Assembly (NCBI GenBank): GCA_041674105.1 | Contig: JBAYWK010000001.1 | Span: 167,114 to 231,113, forward strand | Direction of reading: 5' to 3' | Source of the DNA: Minisyncoccota bacterium | Lineage (GTDB): Bacteria > Patescibacteriota > Minisyncoccia > Phycocordibacterales > DATDWN01 | DNA length: 64,000 bases | The notes under the pieces: model-generated | What the model saw: the letters and a program-made list of their open reading frames with translations, nothing else | Database searches by the model: none | Told to the model about the DNA's origin: nothing | Made by a program: the position numbers and the translations under genes | Part shown: positions 57,170 through 64,000 of the stretch, one piece after another | Position numbering within the stretch: position 1 is the stretch's first letter | Layout: the number at the start of each line of letters is the position of its first letter

Positions 57170-57613
57170 ATGTACTTAAACAAAGCACTTATTATAGGTA
57201 ATTTAACTAGAGATCCTGAATTAAAGTCTTTGCCGTCTGGTATTAGAGTGGCTAGTTTTTCTGTGGCCACAAATAGAGTTTGGAAAAATAAAGATGGAGC
57301 AAAACAAGAAAGTGTTGACTACCACAATGTTGTTGTCTTCGGTAGACAAGCTGATATTGTGGGACAATATCTTAAGAAAGGAGGATCAGTTTTAGTTGAA
57401 GGCAGAATGCAGACTAGAAGCTGGGATGATGCTTCAGGAACAAAAAAATACAGAACAGAGATTATTGCAGATAGGGTACAGTTTGGTCCTAGAAGGGAAG
57501 GAGGTTCACCTAGCTATGATGCTGGAAGTAGTTCTCAAGATGAAGAAAAGAAAGCATTGGATACTATAGAGTATCCAGAAGAAGAGATTAACCCAGAAGA
57601 CATACCCTTCTAA
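57170..57613 (+). CDS. ssb: single-stranded DNA-binding protein
   Basis: OB fold. C-terminal DIPF. Confidence 0.85.
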   Translation: MYLNKALIIGNLTRDPELKSLPSGIRVASFSVATNRVWKNKDGAKQESVDYHNVVVFGRQADIVGQYLKKGGSVLVEGRMQTRSWDDASGTKKYRTEIIADRVQFGPRREGGSPSYDAGSSSQDEEKKALDTIEYPEEEINPEDIPF

Positions 57614-57779
57614 ATTTCCAAATCTGGCGAACTCCTTTGTTGGACTTCGGTAAAATAATTTTCACTTTATACTTATAAAGCTCAAATTATTTTCCTTGTC
57701 CGCCTCGGATTTCATCCAGATTATGAAAATTAGAACCTAAGTGAAAATTAAAATAAATTAATAAAATTATAAAAGAAAT

Positions 57780-57980
57780 ATGAAACAGTGCTATTTTACT
57801 CAAAATAATATAAAACACATAGACTACAAAGATGTAGATATGTTGAAGAAATTCCTAAACCCACACGCTAGGATCCTTTCAAGAAAGAAGACGGGAGTGG
57901 CCACAAAGAATCAAAGAAAGCTAGCTTTGGCAGTCAAAAGAGCTCGTTTTATGGGTCTCGTACCATTTGTATCTAGATAG
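57780..57980 (+). CDS. rpsR: 30S ribosomal protein S18
   Basis: [33 protein letters not shown]. Confidence 0.8.
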   Translation: MKQCYFTQNNIKHIDYKDVDMLKKFLNPHARILSRKKTGVATKNQRKLALAVKRARFMGLVPFVSR

Positions 57981-57991
57981 AGAAAAACCCG

Positions 57992-58294
57992 CTACTTGGC
58001 GAGTTTTTCGATGGGCTTAACGGACGATGAGGAGATAACTTTAGATTCTCCCATTAAAGCTATATTTGTACGATTTAATGCTCCTGTATCGTTGGGGTTT
58101 ATACTTTTTATTAGTGCAAAGAAGGTTTTGAGTGGGCAGACAAACACTCCTCCACCACTTCCAACTTTCTTATAAAGTACCGGAGCGCCCGCTTGGATTT
58201 CTCCATGCCCATTGTAAACAATATGGACAAGGAGTTTTCCCAGTGACCACCCCAAAAGAAGTGCCATCCGTTCAACTTCTGTATTTGTGTCCAA
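57992..58294 (-). CDS. hypothetical protein (100 aa), TTG start preceded by SD AGGAGGTG
   Basis: Strong SD with a 6-nt spacer. No recognised domain. Confidence 0.4.
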   Translation of the reverse strand: MDTNTEVERMALLLGWSLGKLLVHIVYNGHGEIQAGAPVLYKKVGSGGGVFVCPLKTFFALIKSINPNDTGALNRTNIALMGESKVISSSSVKPIEKLAK

Positions 58295-58340
58295 AGAACA
58301 CCTCCTAAGGTAGGATATTATTTTATTGTAGGTTAGTCAA

Positions 58341-58919
58341 TTAAAAACTATTTCCAATTCTTTCGGTGTATTCTCCTGTTTCTGTATTTATTCTAACGAT
58401 TTCACCTTCTTTTATAAACATAGGAACATTTATCATGATTCCTGTTTCAACTTTTACTTGTTTTGTGGCGCCAGAAGAAGTATTTCCTCTTACGGCTTCA
58501 TGAGCTTCTGTAACTTTTAAATCTACTTTTATAGGGAATTTGATGCCTATGACTTTCTCATCAAACTCTAGGGCCGTAAGAGTATCATTCTCTTTTATAA
58601 ATTTTATTTGATTTCCCAGTGTATTTTCGTCGATTTTGAATCGGTTTTTCGGGTCTTCTGGGTCGCAGAACCAGTATTCACCTTTATTATTATATAAATA
58701 TTTTATTTCTCTATTTTCTATCTGAGCTTCTTCAACTTTTTCGGACACATGAAAAGACCTTTCAGTCACTTTCCCTGTGATCATATTTTTTAGTTTTGTG
58801 GCATTAACAGGTTTTCTCTGTTGTTTTCTAAATACATGAGATGATATAACCTCATAAGGGTCACCATCTAAAATGATAACTTTTCTTTCTACTATTTCGC
58901 TGTATTCTAGCATTGCCAT
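58341..58919 (-). CDS. efp: elongation factor P with a non-canonical modification loop
   Basis: ILDGDPYEVISSHVFRKQQRKPVNATKLKNMITG aligns to the EF-P KPGKGQAF loop region. Confidence 0.7.
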   Translation of the reverse strand: MAMLEYSEIVERKVIILDGDPYEVISSHVFRKQQRKPVNATKLKNMITGKVTERSFHVSEKVEEAQIENREIKYLYNNKGEYWFCDPEDPKNRFKIDENTLGNQIKFIKENDTLTALEFDEKVIGIKFPIKVDLKVTEAHEAVRGNTSSGATKQVKVETGIMINVPMFIKEGEIVRINTETGEYTERIGNSF

Positions 58920-59022
58920 ATTTTTTCTAGTTAAGTTTAAATACTAGGGCAGTATAGCGGAAAAACCTAAGTTTTTCAACCTTTAAGGTTTATTTTTTAT
59001 ATAAAGTAGTTTAAATGAATTC

Positions 59023-60111
59023 TTACTCACCACTCTCCTCACTCTCACCGGTAGGAGTAGGAGATACAGAACCTCCATTTTTATGTAGCTCATCTTTAAT
59101 TTTCTTCAAGATTTCACTTGATACTTTTTTATCTTCTTTTAGAAATTGTCTTGTAGAGTCATAACCTCGTCCAAGTTTTATATCACCATAAGAGTAAGAA
59201 GATCCAGATTTTTGGATTATTTTCATTTTTTCACCTAAGGCGATTATTTCTCCTTCTCTTGAGATTCCTTCGTTGTACATTAGATCAAATTCTGTTTGTT
59301 TAAACGGAGCTGCTACTTTATTTTTTACTACTTTTACTCTTATTCTACCTCCCATAACTTCTTCACCTTTTTTTATTTGAGCGATACGACGAATATCTAT
59401 TCTAACAGATGTATAAAATTTCAAAGCTTTTCCTCCTGGAGTAGTTTCTGGATTTCCAAACATCACACCTATTTGCATACGGATTTGGTTTATAAAGATA
59501 ACAACAGTTTTAGATTTTGCTACTATGGCTGTGAGTTTTCTAAGAGCTTGGGACATAAGGCGAGCTTGTTTTCCAACATGATGAGCTCCCATATCTCCCT
59601 CTATTTCATCTTTTGGTGTAAGAGCTGCCACTGAGTCTATTACAATAACATCCAATTTTCCTGATCTAACAAGGGATTCCACTATTTCCAAAGCTTGTTC
59701 TCCTGTATCTGGTTGAGAAATAAGTAATTCTTGTATTTTTACACCGAGTCTTTTTGAATATTCAGGATCCATAGCGTGTTCAGCGTCTATGAAAGCACAT
59801 ATACCTCCTTTTTTCTGAGCTTCAGCTATGACGTGTAGTGATAGGGTAGTCTTTCCTGATGATTCCGGGCCAAAGATTTCTATTATCCTTCCTCTAGGTA
59901 GACCTCCGACTCCTAGAGCAGCATCTAGACCAATGGAACCAGTAGAGATGGCGTTTACATCTACATGGGGTTTATCTCCGAGCATCATTATAGAGTCGTC
60001 TCCAAATTTTGTTTTTATTTCTCTTAAAGTATCTTCTATTTCTGATGTGCCAACTTTATCCTTATCTTTCTTTGGTGTTTTTGTTTTTTTCATAATTTTC
60101 CAAATAAGCAA
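59023..60111 (-). CDS. recA: recombinase RecA with a short C-terminal extension
   Basis: [26 protein letters not shown]...FIDAEHA. Confidence 0.9.
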   Translation of the reverse strand: MLIWKIMKKTKTPKKDKDKVGTSEIEDTLREIKTKFGDDSIMMLGDKPHVDVNAISTGSIGLDAALGVGGLPRGRIIEIFGPESSGKTTLSLHVIAEAQKKGGICAFIDAEHAMDPEYSKRLGVKIQELLISQPDTGEQALEIVESLVRSGKLDVIVIDSVAALTPKDEIEGDMGAHHVGKQARLMSQALRKLTAIVAKSKTVVIFINQIRMQIGVMFGNPETTPGGKALKFYTSVRIDIRRIAQIKKGEEVMGGRIRVKVVKNKVAAPFKQTEFDLMYNEGISREGEIIALGEKMKIIQKSGSSYSYGDIKLGRGYDSTRQFLKEDKKVSSEILKKIKDELHKNGGSVSPTPTGESEESGE

Positions 60112-60148
60112 GACTGATGTTTTAAGAAAGTCTTGTTTTTAATTATTG

Positions 60149-60514
60149 TTAATATTCTTTCAGTACAAGCTTCAGTTGTTTTTCCGTATAGGAGCCAAAC
60201 TTGTCGGAAGCATCTAGCTTAATTATATTATAGCCTGTAGATAGGAGCAATTCCTCTTCAAAATAGCCATTTGTGTCCGTGTATATTTTTCTATCATTTA
60301 GGTTTATATAAGCAATATTTTTAGCTCTTCCTGATATTTGGACTAATGTGGAATGGATAGTACTACCGTTTTTTGGGAATTCTATTTCTATGACCGGCCC
60401 CCTTATTATTTTATTTGCTTGAAAAGCTGTGTATCCGAATAAAACAAGTCCAAAAAGAGATAATATACCAATTCTTAATATTGATGAGGCATTTCTATTC
60501 ATGATTTTCTTCAC
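60149..60514 (-). CDS. membrane-anchored hypothetical protein with an Ig-like beta domain
   Basis: TM, then GPVIEIEFPKNGSTIHSTLVQISGRAKN. Confidence 0.4.
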   Translation of the reverse strand: MKKIMNRNASSILRIGILSLFGLVLFGYTAFQANKIIRGPVIEIEFPKNGSTIHSTLVQISGRAKNIAYINLNDRKIYTDTNGYFEEELLLSTGYNIIKLDASDKFGSYTEKQLKLVLKEY

Positions 60515-62684
60515 TAGACTCTGTCTTTTCTAGTATTTCTCTTGGTTTAGCACCAGAACCCGGTCCAATAACACCTCTTTCCTCTAACATATCTATGAGT
60601 CTTGCGGCTCTAGCATAGCCAACACCAAGTTTTCTTTGTAGATATGATGTGGAAGCTTTACCGGCTTCTAAGACCGTCATACGGGCATCCTCGTATAAAT
60701 CATCTTCATCTGCAATAGACCTTTCCTCTCCTAGGGTTGCTTCAAAAATAGAGTTTTTATTATTTGCTCCAGTTAGATCTATTTCATCAGGCATATCACT
60801 TTCGTAACTTTGAGCAAGATATTTCGCAACTGCTTTCACTTCACTTTCAGAAATATATGCAGATTGTATACGCTGAGGTTGAGACATTTCACCTGAGAGG
60901 TAGAGCATATCACCAGCACCTAGTAGTTTTTCAGCTCCACCCATATCCAAGATAGTTCTTGAATCTATTTGAGAAGAAACCTGCAAGGCTATTCTAGAAG
61001 GGATGTTTGCTTTTATAAGACCTGTAATGACATTTACAGAAGGTCTTTGTGTGGATAGTATCAAGTGTATACCGACCGCACGAGACATTTGAGCTAGTCT
61101 GACAATAGCGGATTCTAATTCTCTAGGGTAAGCCTGCATAATATCAGCTAGTTCATCTATAACTATAATGATGTAAGGCATTGTTTCTATTCGTTTTTCC
61201 TCATCGGTAGCAGATCTATCTTTTACTTTCTTTATCTGAGGTTCAACAATATTTTTATGATATGATTCAACGTTTTGTAAGGATTCTGCTTGGAGAACAT
61301 CATATCTTCTATCCATTTCTTTGGCAGCCCATTTTAGAGATAGAATAGCTTTTTTTGCATCAGTTATGACAGGAGTTAGTAGGTGAGGTATTTTGTTGTA
61401 CAAAGTCAGTTCAACTCTCTTTGGGTCAACCATAATAAATTTTAAATTGTCCGGTGAGTTTCTAAAAAGAAGAGAGTTTATAATTGCGTGTATTGTTACA
61501 GATTTACCTGAGCCAGTTGCTCCAGCAATAAGTAGGTGAGGGGATTTAGCTAAGTTTGCAAAATAAGACATTCCAGAGATTCCTTTACCAAGTGACATAA
61601 GTAAAGCTTTGTCTGAGTTTTGAAACTCTGGTGACGAAAGGAGTGTTCCAAGTCCAACAGTTGTTTTTGTACTATTTGGTATTTCTATACCAACCAAAGA
61701 TTTTCCAGGAATAGGAGCTTCTATACGTATTGGGTGAGCAGCTAAAGCAAGAGACAGATCATTTTGAAGACCGACAATTCTAGATAGCTTTACTCCCTCC
61801 GCAGGTTTTAGAGCATATCTAGTAATAGATGGTCCTATAGATATTTCATCCATTTCTACACTGATTCCAAAGTTTGCCAGAGTCCTTTTTATTATATTTG
61901 AGTTTGCCTTTATATCTCCAACTCCAGGTTTACCTTTGTCTTTCTCTAGAAGTGAAAGAGGGGGAGGAGTAAATTCTCTACCGTTAAATGTTATGCCATT
62001 CATAAAGAAACCATCATCTTTTTTATCGGAAGGTTTTGGTGGCTCTGGAGCTTTGGTTGTAGCTTTTTCTGCTTCTGCCATTGCTACAGCTTTTTGTGAT
62101 TCTGGGGAGAGAATAATCTCTGGATCTTCATCATCTAAATCATCCGAAGTCTCTTCTTTTTTGCTTCCAAAAAAAGTAGGAAAGGAAGAGAGTTTTAGTG
62201 GAGTATCAAACATCACCAAAAATGAGATTATTATAAAACCAAAAAGCAAAATAATACTGACATAAATATCAAACATTCCTAAAAGTGGTTCGGAAATGAA
62301 CCCTCCCAATATTCCTCCTTTGTTTGGGAAAGTAATATTTATTACAGCTAGTGAAGATATAAAAAAAAGTAAGCCACCTATAGTATGAGTCATAGCTAGC
62401 TTGTTTTTTAGAGTTTTAAAAAAAGATACTCCTAAAATAAAAAATAGGATTGGTATTATATAGTACCCAGTTCCAAATAAATATGAGAAGAGTTTAAAAG
62501 TTCCTTTTCCAACAGGACCTCCTATATTGAAAGCGGCAAGTAGAAAAAAAATGGAGATTAAAAAAAATAAAATAGCCAAAACTCCTTGGAAAGTTTCTGT
62601 TTTCAAATAAGTAATAACAACGGAATCAGAATTATTGTTTTTATCCTTCTTTACTTTAGAGTTCTTTTTATTCTTGCGTGACAT
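60495..62684 (-). CDS. ftsK: DNA translocase FtsK/SpoIIIE
   Basis: N-terminal TM helices, linker, motor domain with GATGSGKS, C-terminal gamma wHTH. Confidence 0.85.
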   Translation of the reverse strand: MSRKNKKNSKVKKDKNNNSDSVVITYLKTETFQGVLAILFFLISIFFLLAAFNIGGPVGKGTFKLFSYLFGTGYYIIPILFFILGVSFFKTLKNKLAMTHTIGGLLFFISSLAVINITFPNKGGILGGFISEPLLGMFDIYVSIILLFGFIIISFLVMFDTPLKLSSFPTFFGSKKEETSDDLDDEDPEIILSPESQKAVAMAEAEKATTKAPEPPKPSDKKDDGFFMNGITFNGREFTPPPLSLLEKDKGKPGVGDIKANSNIIKRTLANFGISVEMDEISIGPSITRYALKPAEGVKLSRIVGLQNDLSLALAAHPIRIEAPIPGKSLVGIEIPNSTKTTVGLGTLLSSPEFQNSDKALLMSLGKGISGMSYFANLAKSPHLLIAGATGSGKSVTIHAIINSLLFRNSPDNLKFIMVDPKRVELTLYNKIPHLLTPVITDAKKAILSLKWAAKEMDRRYDVLQAESLQNVESYHKNIVEPQIKKVKDRSATDEEKRIETMPYIIIVIDELADIMQAYPRELESAIVRLAQMSRAVGIHLILSTQRPSVNVITGLIKANIPSRIALQVSSQIDSRTILDMGGAEKLLGAGDMLYLSGEMSQPQRIQSAYISESEVKAVAKYLAQSYESDMPDEIDLTGANNKNSIFEATLGEERSIADEDDLYEDARMTVLEAGKASTSYLQRKLGVGYARAARLIDMLEERGVIGPGSGAKPREILEKTESSEENHE

Positions 62685-62735
62685 ATGATTTCATTTTAAC
62701 AAATATGCAGACATAAAGAAAACTAGCCATGAGAC

Positions 62736-63641
62736 TTGCGAAGATGTCTTTTAATGGAGTATAATAGACATACTCTAGTTTTACTGCTAAAAGACAAAAT
62801 TAACTTAAAGGACAGAAAAGGACATTATCAAAATTATAAAAGTCATATTATGGATATAGAAAAAGACAAGAATATAAAAGACAATATCTCCAAAAATGCA
62901 AATTTGTCTAATAATAATATAGACCCTATATCATTTTTTCAGAAAGATGAGACTTTTGTTTTTCTATACAAAAAGACAGAAAAGTTAACGACAGCGATGT
63001 ATATGATAACAAATCTATTCTCGGACAGTGAGCCGATGAAATGGACATTGCGTAAAAAAATGTCCGACCTTTTGTCTTTTACTTTGGACTACAAAGATTT
63101 ACCTCAATCTCATTATTATGATTTTGTGCACAATATAAAAACAAAGATTTTAGAAATAGTTTCTTTGCTTGAAGTTTCATCTAGGTCAGGTCTTGTGTCT
63201 CCTATGAATTTCTCTATCTTAAAACAAGAATTTTCAAAACTTGTATCGACTTTGGATCAAGCTGAAGGTACTCATAATGAATATGCAAATAAGAGTGTTT
63301 TGACTGATAACTTTTTCAATGTTTACGGTAGTTCAAGTGGAAGCAATAAAGAAGCTTTAAACTCAAATACAAATACTGGAGAGAAAGTACAGATTTCTCA
63401 AGGACATAATGTAAAGGACACAAAATCCGTATCAGACAACGCTGTAGTAAAGAGGAATTATCGTCAGAATGTTATTGTTGATTTACTAAAGAAAAAGAAG
63501 GAAATAGACATAAAAGACATAACACAAGTCATTAGAGATTGTAGTGAGAAAACTATACAAAGAGAGCTAATATCTCTTATCAATTCTGGTGTTTTGAAGA
63601 AGACTGGACAAAGGAGATGGAGTAAATACTCACTTGCCTAA
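62736..63641 (+). CDS. hypothetical protein with a C-terminal DeoR-like winged-HTH domain
   Basis: C-terminus VIVDLLKKKKEIDIKDITQVIRDCSEKTIQRELISLINSGVLKK. Confidence 0.4.
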   Translation: MRRCLLMEYNRHTLVLLLKDKINLKDRKGHYQNYKSHIMDIEKDKNIKDNISKNANLSNNNIDPISFFQKDETFVFLYKKTEKLTTAMYMITNLFSDSEPMKWTLRKKMSDLLSFTLDYKDLPQSHYYDFVHNIKTKILEIVSLLEVSSRSGLVSPMNFSILKQEFSKLVSTLDQAEGTHNEYANKSVLTDNFFNVYGSSSGSNKEALNSNTNTGEKVQISQGHNVKDTKSVSDNAVVKRNYRQNVIVDLLKKKKEIDIKDITQVIRDCSEKTIQRELISLINSGVLKKTGQRRWSKYSLA

Positions 63642-63760
63642 AGGTCATTTATTTTTATTTTTGAATACACAAAAATTTTAAATTCAATTTAACTAAGTTA
63701 GATTGAATTAATCCTTTGTAGAGGTTGACTTTTTGGCCTATTTTATGAAATAATAGACCT

Positions 63761-63820
63761 TGTGGATATTTCTGTTAAAAACCTGTTAAAACAGCGTTTT
63801 TATATGCAGAGTTATCCACA
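63761..63820 (+). promoter_or_regulatory. two DnaA-box-like 9-mers in an AT-rich tract (tgtggatat = ATATCCACA reversed, and TTATCCACA)
   Basis: A perfect TTATCCACA at 63812-63820 and an 8/9 match at 63761-63769. Confidence 0.3.
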
Positions 63821-64000
63821 TCATAATTTGGAAGTCTCACAGAGAGAAGATATAATTGCTTTAATAAATGTGTTTAAAACACATTTATTAAAGACAGAAT
63901 ATTACTTCTAAATTTTCAGTAAGAATAAGTACCTTGACAATTAAATATGGATTTATTTTTCCGAAAGACTAGTTCTGCTTTTGACTGCTTCATCTAGAAA

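Overview
The window is a low-GC (roughly one-third GC by eye) bacterial segment dominated by compact housekeeping genes with Shine-Dalgarno sites. Recognisable genes include ruvB, pilB, tsaE, polA, holA, mutM, ruvA, rpsT, ndh, ruvX, pilMNO, an ECF sigma operon, rluA, rplS, folD, secE-nusG-rplK, thyA-folA-dut, argS, ileS, recO, glyQS, metG, tatD, rpsF-ssb-rpsR, efp, recA and ftsK. Nine tRNA genes are present: Lys-TTT, Arg-GCG, Ser-TGA twice, Arg-TCT, Val-TAC, Leu-GAG and His-GTG. The gene content is consistent with a Patescibacteria/CPR (Parcubacteria-like) genome: type IV pilus genes, a short MetRS plus a stand-alone tRNA-binding protein, no rplA after rplK, and many small membrane or secreted hypotheticals. 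This lineage assignment is an inference.

The most unusual signals are:
(1) A family of GC-rich, hairpin-dense elements of 110-350 bp lies immediately 3' of five tRNA genes. Each ends in a direct copy of the host tRNA's 3' terminus and carries an inverted copy of its T-arm. Three copies share a conserved core of about 65 nt, with a GTCGAC palindrome and an A5/T5-flanked hairpin.
(2) Two tandem GC-rich islands sit at a duplicated tRNA-Ser(TGA) plus promoter, a 122-bp direct repeat.
(3) The isoleucyl-tRNA synthetase contains an embedded histidine-phosphatase (PGAM-like) domain of about 200 aa.
(4) A GC-elevated nucleotide-metabolism module combines an HxGH nucleotidyltransferase, an N-terminally extended dCMP-deaminase-like protein, a GalT-like HIT protein, ThyA, DHFR and Dut.
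(5) A secreted-protein gene of about 55% GC sits behind a consensus sigma70 promoter.
(6) Small hydrophobic peptide genes with structured leaders, an EF-P with a non-canonical loop, and DnaA boxes at the window end.

No CRISPR array, rRNA or obvious transposase/integrase gene was seen.
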